Shown here: positions 1 to 8,363 of the stretch, piece after piece
Position numbering within the stretch: the first letter of the stretch is position 1
Layout: the number at the start of each line of letters is the position of its first letter
Origin: a virus
DNA length: 64,000 nucleotides
Reading direction: 5' to 3' (one strand)
IMG/VR virus record: IMGVR_UViG_3300045988_108820
Span: 1-64,000 of that record
Position numbers and translations under genes: made by a program
The notes under the pieces: model-generated
The model's database searches: none
What the model saw: the letters and a program-made list of their open reading frames with translations, nothing else
What the model was told of the DNA's origin: nothing

Positions 1-249
1 ATTTTTTTTTCTTTTGTAATATTATTATATTACCATATTCATCAAAAAGACGAATACAGTATTTAAAATAGATAGAAATGTTAAAAGTAATACATTGCCT
101 ATTACTCCCAATGTAATTGTTTCCCATCATTATAATCTAGGTTTGTTAGTATCAAACATATAATTAAATTAATTACAGCAAATATAATATAAATTATTAA
201 TACAATCATTTTTTATAATTTTATTTTTATAATATATAGTAATTATTTA

Positions 250-579
250 CTATATATAGTAATTATTTACTATAATATTATACATAAATACTTCAGTAAT
301 AATATCAAGATTCATTAATACTTGTTTATGAATATCCCATTTTTCTTTATATTTTTCAACAGGCCATTCACTTATAATAATCTCATATTCACATCTAGAC
401 CACCATTGATATTGAGATTCCTTTTTAATGAAGTCTTTACACTCATCAAATTCTTTTGGGCGATCTTCTTTCTTTAAGTTTTTATACTTACTTAGTAAAT
501 ATGGCATTATATCATACTTAGTAAAAGTTCTTCTATTTATATCGTAACAAATTACATTAAATCCTTTAGACTTTTTCAT
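250..579 (-). CDS. hypothetical protein (109 aa)
   Basis: Intact ORF co-oriented with the neighbouring minus-strand genes; no recognisable motif. Confidence 0.5.
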   Translation of the reverse strand: MKKSKGFNVICYDINRRTFTKYDIMPYLLSKYKNLKKEDRPKEFDECKDFIKKESQYQWWSRCEYEIIISEWPVEKYKEKWDIHKQVLMNLDIITEVFMYNIIVNNYYI

Positions 580-669
580 CTTATTATTGTTTTAAATTTT
601 AGTAAATACTTAATAATGAATACAATAAAAGGAGAAAAGTAGTTATTTCCACTCTTCTCCTTTCCTCTT

Positions 670-846
670 CTAAGTACCTGCGGCAACTATCTTTGACAGA
701 ACTTTACAAGCAACTTTTAATTTCTTTATATCTGTTTCTTTTACTCCTTTAAGTTCCATTTCTGATTGTTCAAACAAATATGAATTTAAAGCATTAAATA
801 CCTTTAAAGTTCTTTTATTTTTAGTTTTTACTGAATATGTAATCAT
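670..846 (-). CDS. small hypothetical protein (58 aa, below the ORF-track cutoff)
   Basis: Hand translation MITYSVKTKNKRTLKVFNALNSYLFEQSEMELKGVKETDIKKLKVACKVLSKIVAAGT; fills an otherwise empty gap and nearly abuts the next ORF. Confidence 0.3.
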   Translation of the reverse strand: MITYSVKTKNKRTLKVFNALNSYLFEQSEMELKGVKETDIKKLKVACKVLSKIVAAGT

Positions 847-849
847 AGT

Positions 850-1014
850 TTAATTTAATTTTACAGAATTATACCAATTTTTATCAACTAAATAAGTTGA
901 AGAGTCTATACCTAAATATGGATTAGGAGTAATTAAAGTACTATTCTCTTCAAACCCTTCTAATTCCATATATGCCTGAATCTCAGGCCATCCAATTACT
1001 ATAAAATCATCCAT
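850..1014 (-). CDS. small hypothetical protein (54 aa)
   Basis: Hand translation MDDFIVIGWPEIQAYMELEGFEENSTLITPNPYLGIDSSTYLVDKNWYNSVKLN; tightly packed with its neighbours. Confidence 0.3.
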   Translation of the reverse strand: MDDFIVIGWPEIQAYMELEGFEENSTLITPNPYLGIDSSTYLVDKNWYNSVKLN

Positions 1015-1025
1015 AATAGTTAAAG

Positions 1026-1169
1026 CTAAAATTCTTCAATATAGTCTGCATCAGGAAATTGCATATATACATCATCCCATGCTGCATCTCTTTCATGTTC
1101 GATATTTTCGTCATAGTGATTACTATAAGTTTCTCTATGACCGTCTTTAAAATGAATAATAAATGTCAT
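1026..1169 (-). CDS. small hypothetical acidic protein (47 aa)
   Basis: Hand translation MTFIIHFKDGHRETYSNHYDENIEHERDAAWDDVYMQFPDADYIEEF; starts 3 nt after the upstream stop. Confidence 0.3.
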   Translation of the reverse strand: MTFIIHFKDGHRETYSNHYDENIEHERDAAWDDVYMQFPDADYIEEF

Positions 1170-1171
1170 AA

Positions 1172-1735
1172 TTAATTACCTTTTACATAAACACTATAGT
1201 CTTTAGTTTCATAATCCTCGTCAGGATAATCATCATCTTCATTATCATTTCCTGTTTTTATGAAAGATTCTGTTGAAAATAAATAATTTAAAAGTTTAGT
1301 TTTATCGAAACAGATATCATATAGAAATGTAATTAATTCATCACAGTGGTCAACATAACCATCATCTTCATTACCTTCTTTATCGTAGAACCCATAATAA
1401 TCTACAAATTTAGATTTTATATACTTAGGATTATTATATTTAAACACTGCTTTTACTCCTACAGATTTAAGTATATGAGTTACAGAATTAATAAACTTAT
1501 TATGCTCAACGATGCCAAAATTTGCATCATTTGGGAATACTGATTTAATACCTTCCCATAAATAACTTGCTTTTTCTTCTGGAGTAGTAAGACGAGCATG
1601 TTCCCATCCATAGTATCCACTATCAAAAATAAGTTTCTTTGGAAATTTTAAATTATTTGAATTTTTAGTTATTGTTAATGTATGTACTGAACTAGAATTA
1701 GTTTCAAACACACTTTTTCTAATTTGTATTTTCAT
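1172..1735 (-). CDS. hypothetical protein with N-terminal MKIQIRKSVFETNSSSVH motif (paralog A)
   Basis: Start moved to the internal Met so the N-terminus aligns with the paralog at 2085 (MKIQVRQGLFETNSSSTH); acidic C-terminus. Confidence 0.6.
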   Translation of the reverse strand: MKIQIRKSVFETNSSSVHTLTITKNSNNLKFPKKLIFDSGYYGWEHARLTTPEEKASYLWEGIKSVFPNDANFGIVEHNKFINSVTHILKSVGVKAVFKYNNPKYIKSKFVDYYGFYDKEGNEDDGYVDHCDELITFLYDICFDKTKLLNYLFSTESFIKTGNDNEDDDYPDEDYETKDYSVYVKGN

Positions 1736-1742
1736 AGTATTA

Positions 1743-2085
1743 TCAATAAGCATAAATAGAAGCAACAACAGTATAATCAGTACCGTTTGAATCTTTTACT
1801 TTATCTATAATCATTTCGCATACGTCTTTATAATCATTCATATTTATCCAAGCCTTATAAGGAATATAGTCACAAAAAAAATATATCATCAGAGCTTTTT
1901 GGATCAAAAATAGATTTTCCTTCTGGAACATCTTCTCTCTTTATAAGTTTATTACTATATAAACTGTTTTCTATAACCAGTTTTCCTTCTTTAAATAATT
2001 CCCAGTCACTTCCTTTGAACATTACTAAAGAATGAGTAGAACTGGAATTTGTTTCAAATAATCCTTGTCTTACTTGTATTTTCAT
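1743..2085 (-). pseudogene. FETNSSS-motif paralog B, reading frame broken at a T8 run (A8 on plus strand, 1873-1880)
   Basis: ORFs 1870..2085 and 1743..1931 overlap. Removing one T from the run joins ...SSDDIFF to CDYIPYKAWINMNDYK... This could be an assembly error, slippage or decay. Confidence 0.5.
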
Positions 2086-2969
2086 AATTTATTATATTTA
2101 TTTTGAATAAAATGAAACATTTCATCCATGGTTTTATTACCAATAGGAAATCTTTCTTTAGATATTGAATTCTTAGCAAACTCTCCTTTCACCATATCAA
2201 TATAAAAAGTATAATTACCATCATCTCCCATATAAAATTCTTCCCACTCTTTTTCAGTTAAAATTCTTTTTACTTTTAATTGTTCAATAGCTAAATTATC
2301 AAAACTTATAACTTTAAAGTAACTTGTAATTTTATTTAAGTTGTCAAATAAATATTGAGAATTCTTTTTAATTAAATCATCATATTCTTTATGGTAATTA
2401 ATACCTCTTTGAAGGTCTTTATACCCAAGAAGTAATACTTTTAAATCATGATTTTTTAGTTTCTCAATATCATCTTCTGATAAGATACCAATAATAGTAT
2501 GAAGTACTGTATTAGGAATACTATTCATCTTTTCAATAAGTTCTTTTGTAGGATGAATAAGTGATACTCCTATTCCATATACTAATTTATTTTTAGACCA
2601 TTCTTTTATTTTATCATAGTTATTAAAGAATTGATTCTGATTTACTGTAATATTAGCAAATACTTTCTTTTCTTTAAGAAATTCAAGAAACTTATCAATA
2701 TCAGGATGGTTTAAATCATTGCCATTTAATGCTATTTCAGTGTGAGGATGAAGTGTATTTATAAAAGAAAATGAGAATAAATCACTGTGTTTGCCCTCTG
2801 GTGTGCATCCTTCATAACAAAATTTACACATCTGAGAACACTTATCAGTAATTTTACAGTCTATATTCTCACTAAATTCAGGAATAAATTCATCTTCTCT
2901 TGTTCTACGAATCTTTGTACCATCCTCTAGGATAGTCACAATATAATTACCATTTTTATAACTAGGCAT
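2082..2969 (-). CDS. radical SAM domain protein
   Basis: CX3CX2C cluster in DKCSQMCKFCYEGC near the N-terminus; ATGA overlap with the downstream FETNSSS paralog. Confidence 0.65.
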   Translation of the reverse strand: MPSYKNGNYIVTILEDGTKIRRTREDEFIPEFSENIDCKITDKCSQMCKFCYEGCTPEGKHSDLFSFSFINTLHPHTEIALNGNDLNHPDIDKFLEFLKEKKVFANITVNQNQFFNNYDKIKEWSKNKLVYGIGVSLIHPTKELIEKMNSIPNTVLHTIIGILSEDDIEKLKNHDLKVLLLGYKDLQRGINYHKEYDDLIKKNSQYLFDNLNKITSYFKVISFDNLAIEQLKVKRILTEKEWEEFYMGDDGNYTFYIDMVKGEFAKNSISKERFPIGNKTMDEMFHFIQNKYNKL

Positions 2970-3105
2970 ATTAATTAATAATATTTATTTAACTTTATAA
3001 TATATTATAGGTTCCGCATTATATAAATATAGCAAAGTGCAGCTCCACATATTACTCCATAAATAAATAGTAACATAATAACTACTATAGGAATTTCTAT
3101 CATAA

Positions 3106-3408
3106 TTACTCCTCCAAATTTACTACAAAATCATCTTCATTCCAATCACAAAATTCTTTAGTGTCTGTTGGTAATATTATTTGGTCCTTAACAGCTTGCT
3201 CTAAATTACAATCTGAAAAGTCATAATTGATACCATGATACCCCTCTTCATCCCAATCTTCCTCACATGTGTAATCAGTAACCTTTATTTTCACTGTTTT
3301 ACTTATAGTCATAGAAATAGTTACTTCAATCTCCTGTGGCTCAGGATCTACTTGATTCCAGGGTGCATCTGGGGTGTCTGCACCTATAGGATAATTGTAG
3401 TTATTCAT
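3106..3408 (-). CDS. hypothetical, strongly acidic 100-aa protein
   Basis: Rich in D and E (EEDWDEEGY, WNEDDFVVNLEE); 8-nt overlap with the upstream HicA-like gene. Confidence 0.55.
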   Translation of the reverse strand: MNNYNYPIGADTPDAPWNQVDPEPQEIEVTISMTISKTVKIKVTDYTCEEDWDEEGYHGINYDFSDCNLEQAVKDQIILPTDTKEFCDWNEDDFVVNLEE

Positions 3409-3595
3409 TATCTTTTATATTTAAATTATTTTCTTTAATAAGTCTAAGAGCTATAATACTTTTTAATTTGCGAGGAATGGATATATGTCTACCATTATTA
3501 TTTGTATAGATGAAATGACTACCACTACATCTATTAAAATAAAATCCATTTTTCTCAACTAGTTTTAAAAACTCTGACTGTGTATATTGTTTCAT
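3401..3595 (-). CDS. HicA-like (YcfA family) mRNA interferase toxin homolog
   Basis: 64 aa. The pattern ...FLKLVEKNGFYFNRCSGSHFIYTN..GRHISIPRKLKSIIALRLIKENNL matches the HicA layout (GSH, IP, C-terminal helix). Confidence 0.6.
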   Translation of the reverse strand: MKQYTQSEFLKLVEKNGFYFNRCSGSHFIYTNNNGRHISIPRKLKSIIALRLIKENNLNIKDNE

Positions 3596-3652
3596 AACCT
3601 ACTTATATATTGCAACAATATTATAGGGTTCTTTTATATCTTTGAGAGAATA

Positions 3653-3892
3653 TCAACTCTTAGGTATTCCACTTTCATTAATCTTTATAACTCTATTTGG
3701 GTTAAAATAATTATCCCAAGTTTTATTATCTGCTCTTACTGCCAAAATTCTAATATTACATATCTTCTTGACTATATAAAGCGTTGCAGTATTTCCATAA
3801 CTACAGCATACAATTAAGTCACCAACACAAAGTTTGTGACCTAATGCATCCTTAGTTGTGCCATATAGGCTATTATATTCTCTTTTAGTCAT
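3653..3892 (-). CDS. hypothetical protein (79 aa)
   Basis: Intact ORF with a 4-nt overlap to the upstream gene. Confidence 0.5.
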   Translation of the reverse strand: MTKREYNSLYGTTKDALGHKLCVGDLIVCCSYGNTATLYIVKKICNIRILAVRADNKTWDNYFNPNRVIKINESGIPKS

Positions 3893-4329
3893 TCTTCCAA
3901 TCTTTTAATTTCATCTTTAATATAAAACAATGCTTTCTTTAAATCCTCTATATGTTTTTGCTTATCACTTAAACCTTCTTCAGATTTATGTCCAGCTCGT
4001 AAAATATACTTTATAGTATTTCCAAGATTAAAATTCATGTGTCTAGTAATATCAATTACTTCAATTCCACATAAATCTTTAAGCCAAGTGTAATGAGAAG
4101 GATGTTCAACTCTATCATCTGATGAATTTTTAATAGGTAATGCACACTTTTTGAAGTATTTCTCAAAAGATTCTCTATTTGACCAATAGTGTGTATCATC
4201 ACATTCATCTACCAAAGAGCCATCTATATATGATTGATAAACTTTACCCTTCTTGTAAATAGGTCTATAGACCTCTCCTTCCATGTACACATCATTAGTA
4301 CATATATACGTTTCTCCTTTTTTAATCAT
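3889..4329 (-). CDS. DUF3310-family phage protein
   Basis: C-terminal half HPSHYTWLKDLCGIEVIDITRHMNFNLGNTIKYILRAGHK...EDLKKALFYIKDEI matches the remembered DUF3310 signature (HY..IE.ID....F..GN.iKY..R...K...DL.KA..Y). Confidence 0.6.
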   Translation of the reverse strand: MIKKGETYICTNDVYMEGEVYRPIYKKGKVYQSYIDGSLVDECDDTHYWSNRESFEKYFKKCALPIKNSSDDRVEHPSHYTWLKDLCGIEVIDITRHMNFNLGNTIKYILRAGHKSEEGLSDKQKHIEDLKKALFYIKDEIKRLEE

Positions 4330-4341
4330 GATAATTTCCTT

Positions 4342-6402
4342 TTAATGAATCCAATATGTTGGCAATGTTCCATCCTTAAGCCTAGATACCTCAGCATCAA
4401 GAGGAACAATCCTACAAATAAACTTTCCTGCTTTAACCATACACTCATGAAGTTTATTGGCAACCTCTTCTGCGATTTCTTCAGGAGCTTCAATATTAAA
4501 CTCATCGTGTACTGGTATGCAGAACTTAACCTTTCCAAACAATCCATTCTTCACTACCCAATTGAATAGATTTACTGCACATATCTTAAATATAGCACTT
4601 CCCCTGCTTTGTATCGGATAATTTATACTCTGTCTCTCAGAAACAGACTTCCTTTTGAAATAGTACCTTACCTCCTCAACAATAGAGTTAGTTGGGTCAG
4701 TAGCCTTAAGTCTTCTGTAAGTATCCCAAAAGTCTTTATTAAACTTATTTTGAATAGCTTTTAACTTATCATAATCATATATATAAGCCCTATAACCAAC
4801 TTCAGGACAAGTGTTTATATAACCTAACTGCATCACTACCTTTCTTTGATAAGCTTGATATGTTGCAACTCCTTTAAAACCCTTTCTATAGTTAGCTTCA
4901 ATCTGTCTAGCTTCTTCCTCTGGTATGTGGTCCCTACCTATCAAAGTATTAGCATCACCACCATAAGCAAATGTAAACTCAGGATCTTTAGCTTTCTTCC
5001 TTAAGTCAGGTCTAAGTTTCTTAACATCTTCTACAGGGATATCATGTAGCTCTTCTGGATAAACCATCTTAGCTACTAAGCTATGCAAATCTCCACAACC
5101 ATTAGTAAACAAATCAATCATTGCAGTATCTTTAGCAATATTGGCAAGGATTACTGACTCCTCCCCACTATAGTCTGCACTAATCCACTTGTTACCTTTC
5201 TCAGCACAGAAACATGCTCTAGTCTCAGCATCAGCAGGAAGGTTTTGCAAATTAACCAATGGCACTTTTTTGCCTAGAATAACCTCTTTATCTTCTCCTC
5301 CACCTGAGCTATATCTATGAGTGTCTGTTCCTATCTGATTGAAACTTGTGTGTAATCTTCCAGTGACAGGGTTTATAAGGTCTAAGAAGTTCTGACCATA
5401 AGTACTTGTTACTTTCTGAGCAGCTTTAAATTTAAGATAGACTTCAGCTATAGGATGAATATTCTTTTGTCCTTCAATGACTGTTGCATCTACAGATTTC
5501 TTTATACCACCTGTTGCCTTGTCTTTTGTTTCAAGCTTAAAACCTAGTGACTCTAAGAATAGAATTACCTGTTTAGAACTATTCCAATTGATATTACAAG
5601 CTGGACCAGCTTTAGAAAAACCAAATAAATCAGGCTCTATAATCTTTATGAACTTAGAAAAGCTCTTATCTTCTTTATACATATCAACAACAAAGTTATC
5701 AAGTCTTTCTTTAGCTTTATTAAGAGTTTCTTGGTCTTTAGCCATCTTAGCTTTCCACCTCTCAGTATCAAGATTAACTCCACAAAACTCAAAATATGCA
5801 GTAGGAAGAATAGCTCTATTTTCTACTTCAAGGGCAAGCTTTTGACCTCTGGGAAGAAGAATTTCAAGCTGTTTGTTCATAATATCTTCTAGATACTTAA
5901 CATCATTAGCAGAGTAAATTATAATCTCATCAGTGAGTTCTTTTCTCCAAATAATTTCACCTCTAATAGATTTATCAAGCTCAATACCCAAATAGTTTTC
6001 TCCTGCTGACTTTAGACTTAAACTATGCATACCACTAGGATAACCAAGCCATCTCATCTTCTCAGCTATGAAACCATCATATAATTTAGTAGGTACAATG
6101 CCATGATAGAACAAGAATTTTACATCAAATTTTAGATTCCAACCTATGAATAATCTATCTGATTCTAGATATTCCTTATAGAGTGTAACATCAACAGTTG
6201 TACAATCTATTACAACTTGAAAGTCTCTATTGCCAAGCTGCAATAGCAAAAGCTTCTTAAGAAAGGGACTGAAACCCTGGGTTTCAGTATCTAAACCTAC
6301 AATAGTTAAAGGATTGAGGAGCCTTAATGACTCCTCAACACTTATAACCTCATATATTTCACTTTCAAATAAAGTTCTCTGATTAGTTACTAAGTAAATC
6401 AT
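4342..6402 (-). CDS. family A DNA polymerase with N-terminal 3'-5' exonuclease
   Basis: Exonuclease motifs LDTET, NLKFD and YSANDV. Polymerase motif A DYSGEESVILA, motif B RKKAKDPEFTFAYG, motif C PVHDEF. Confidence 0.9.
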   Translation of the reverse strand: MIYLVTNQRTLFESEIYEVISVEESLRLLNPLTIVGLDTETQGFSPFLKKLLLLQLGNRDFQVVIDCTTVDVTLYKEYLESDRLFIGWNLKFDVKFLFYHGIVPTKLYDGFIAEKMRWLGYPSGMHSLSLKSAGENYLGIELDKSIRGEIIWRKELTDEIIIYSANDVKYLEDIMNKQLEILLPRGQKLALEVENRAILPTAYFEFCGVNLDTERWKAKMAKDQETLNKAKERLDNFVVDMYKEDKSFSKFIKIIEPDLFGFSKAGPACNINWNSSKQVILFLESLGFKLETKDKATGGIKKSVDATVIEGQKNIHPIAEVYLKFKAAQKVTSTYGQNFLDLINPVTGRLHTSFNQIGTDTHRYSSGGGEDKEVILGKKVPLVNLQNLPADAETRACFCAEKGNKWISADYSGEESVILANIAKDTAMIDLFTNGCGDLHSLVAKMVYPEELHDIPVEDVKKLRPDLRKKAKDPEFTFAYGGDANTLIGRDHIPEEEARQIEANYRKGFKGVATYQAYQRKVVMQLGYINTCPEVGYRAYIYDYDKLKAIQNKFNKDFWDTYRRLKATDPTNSIVEEVRYYFKRKSVSERQSINYPIQSRGSAIFKICAVNLFNWVVKNGLFGKVKFCIPVHDEFNIEAPEEIAEEVANKLHECMVKAGKFICRIVPLDAEVSRLKDGTLPTYWIH

Positions 6403-6656
6403 GTTTCAACTTCTATTATGTAACTACCATCAGACATACTAATAGATTTAACTACTCCAACTGAGAGTTTATCCTTCAAAGAAATCATAGGACCTCCACT
6501 AATATCAATAAAATTATATTTATCTTTTACTTCATCAATAGTACCTAGTCTAGTGTAAGGAGACCTATGTATAAGCTTATACTTATTATCTTTTATCTTT
6601 TCGAGATATACTTCATCATTATATCTATTAGGTAATCTTATTTTATTTTCTTGCAT
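6399..6656 (-). CDS. hypothetical protein (85 aa)
   Basis: Intact ORF overlapping both neighbours by a few nt. Confidence 0.5.
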   Translation of the reverse strand: MQENKIRLPNRYNDEVYLEKIKDNKYKLIHRSPYTRLGTIDEVKDKYNFIDISGGPMISLKDKLSVGVVKSISMSDGSYIIEVET

Positions 6657-7143
6657 AAACTTCTAAACTTTTAAAATCAATTACATACTTATAATTTTGT
6701 AAAAAGTCAGTTCCAAGTAGTCCATGTACTTCTACTCCAGTATTTTTTTTAATGTATTTAGTGGTCTCTTCAAGTTCTGCTGATATTGACATTTGTATCT
6801 CATATTTATTACTTAATGCATCCTTAAACTCAGCAGTACAAATAGTAACTCCCTGATTTACTGCTCCGAGACCAGCTATTTTAGTAGTATTATTAGTTCC
6901 AAGATGCTCATGCTTTATAAGAGCAGCAGCAGATGGACATATATGAGAAATATTACTCCCAGTATCAATAAGGAAATTGAGAGCCACACCATTATTAGTT
7001 AGAGTAATGACAGGTAAATCTCCTGGCATATATTTTTTAATAGAGATGCTTTCTTGAGTAATTCTTCCATCTTTCATAAAAATATTAACTATACTACCCA
7101 AGGCAGCAACCCCAGTAAGTATTAAAGTTGCTTCTAATATCAT
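6643..7143 (-). CDS. membrane-anchored retropepsin-like aspartic protease
   Basis: N-terminal hydrophobic helix (ILEATLILTGVAALGSIVNIF), catalytic FLIDTGSN and a downstream LLGTDFL flap-like motif. Confidence 0.6.
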   Translation of the reverse strand: MILEATLILTGVAALGSIVNIFMKDGRITQESISIKKYMPGDLPVITLTNNGVALNFLIDTGSNISHICPSAAALIKHEHLGTNNTTKIAGLGAVNQGVTICTAEFKDALSNKYEIQMSISAELEETTKYIKKNTGVEVHGLLGTDFLQNYKYVIDFKSLEVYARK

Positions 7144-7691
7144 TATTTAACTCCTGTTTTTCCATGACCTCCTCTATCTGCATTACCAAGCTTATTAACC
7201 CATACAAACTCAATTTTACTAGAAAAGAGCCATTTAAGTTTTTGCCACATAGTTGCAAATTGATTAGGTACAATTTCAAATTGACAAATTCTTTCTCCCT
7301 TATGAATAGTAGTTTTATCTATTGAATAGCAATAAAATCCCCACTCATCATTATCACCACAATAAATTGTATCAATAAATCCTGATGAAGCCACTACAAG
7401 TCTAAGCTTCTTAGTTGTGGAACTTCTTTGTTTAATCTTAGCACTAAATCCTTTAGGTAGTTGCATTGCAATGCCTAGTTTAATGAGTTGTTCATCAAAC
7501 TTTACATCTCTTGTTTTTATACCATCTTTTTGATGGAGAGTTCCTGCTTGAGGAGCATTAAATTTATAATTTTCAGCAGCTCTAAGATCTATACAGTCAC
7601 CAATTGGGTTAATAAAAGGAACTAATTTACCCTTTTCATCAATAGCTTCTGTATAAAGACCTTTTACTAATTCTTTTACTTTAATTTTCAT
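7143..7691 (-). CDS. dut: dUTP diphosphatase
   Basis: Motifs RSST, GFIDTIYCGD (G.ID..Y.G) and C-terminal RGGHGKTG. Confidence 0.75.
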   Translation of the reverse strand: MKIKVKELVKGLYTEAIDEKGKLVPFINPIGDCIDLRAAENYKFNAPQAGTLHQKDGIKTRDVKFDEQLIKLGIAMQLPKGFSAKIKQRSSTTKKLRLVVASSGFIDTIYCGDNDEWGFYCYSIDKTTIHKGERICQFEIVPNQFATMWQKLKWLFSSKIEFVWVNKLGNADRGGHGKTGVK

Positions 7692-7725
7692 AGTTTTTAA
7701 TTTAATTATACAAAAAGAGGGAGTA

Positions 7726-8202
7726 TTAATTACTCCCCCAAAATTTACTAGTTATGTCTTTTTTAAATACTTTATTATCTATAACTTTTATTTCAAGCAT
7801 TACTTGATTAGTTGTTTTACTATTAAGTGGACCTTTATCTTTATCATAATGACCATACTTAATAAAGTTGAAATTCTCTAGATTAATATCTTTACTAATA
7901 TAATCTCTGCCACTATACCATCCTACTTTTAGCTCTGGATAATATTCTTTTATATCTTCTGCAATATAGTCTATTTCACTTGGATCACTATCACCTCCCA
8001 TAAGACAAACACAGGTTATTCCTAGATTAGCATCTATTAAATCTACTAGATGCTCTAAATCAAGAGGTTCTCCTATATTATCTGCAAGATAAGGAGAATG
8101 ACAACCAATACATCCTATTTTACATCCTGTAATATTTATACATAATGTAATTTCGTCAGGTATTTCTGCAAATGTTACTTGGGTATTTGAATATTTCAAC
8201 AT
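7726..8202 (-). CDS. nrdG: anaerobic ribonucleotide reductase activating protein (radical SAM)
   Basis: CKIGCIGCHSP cluster; about 158 aa; directly downstream of nrdD. Confidence 0.85.
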   Translation of the reverse strand: MLKYSNTQVTFAEIPDEITLCINITGCKIGCIGCHSPYLADNIGEPLDLEHLVDLIDANLGITCVCLMGGDSDPSEIDYIAEDIKEYYPELKVGWYSGRDYISKDINLENFNFIKYGHYDKDKGPLNSKTTNQVMLEIKVIDNKVFKKDITSKFWGSN

Positions 8203-8320
8203 ACTTTTTAACTATATTAAATTTATCTATAGGTAATGGGTGCTTTTCTGCTAAAATATTAAGATATTCCATGTCTTTACTCTTTTTATAGACAATAGCT
8301 TCACTAAATTATTTTAATGC

Positions 8321-8350
8321 AAAGGTACTAAAATAATGCAAATAACAAAA
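8321..8350 (-). promoter_or_regulatory. candidate Bacteroidota-type promoter between nrdD and nrdG
   Basis: On the minus strand, TTTG (plus 8347-8350), an 18-nt spacer, then TACCTTTG (plus 8321-8328), which fits TAnnTTTG. Confidence 0.35.
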
Positions 8351-8363
8351 TCCCAAGGACAAA

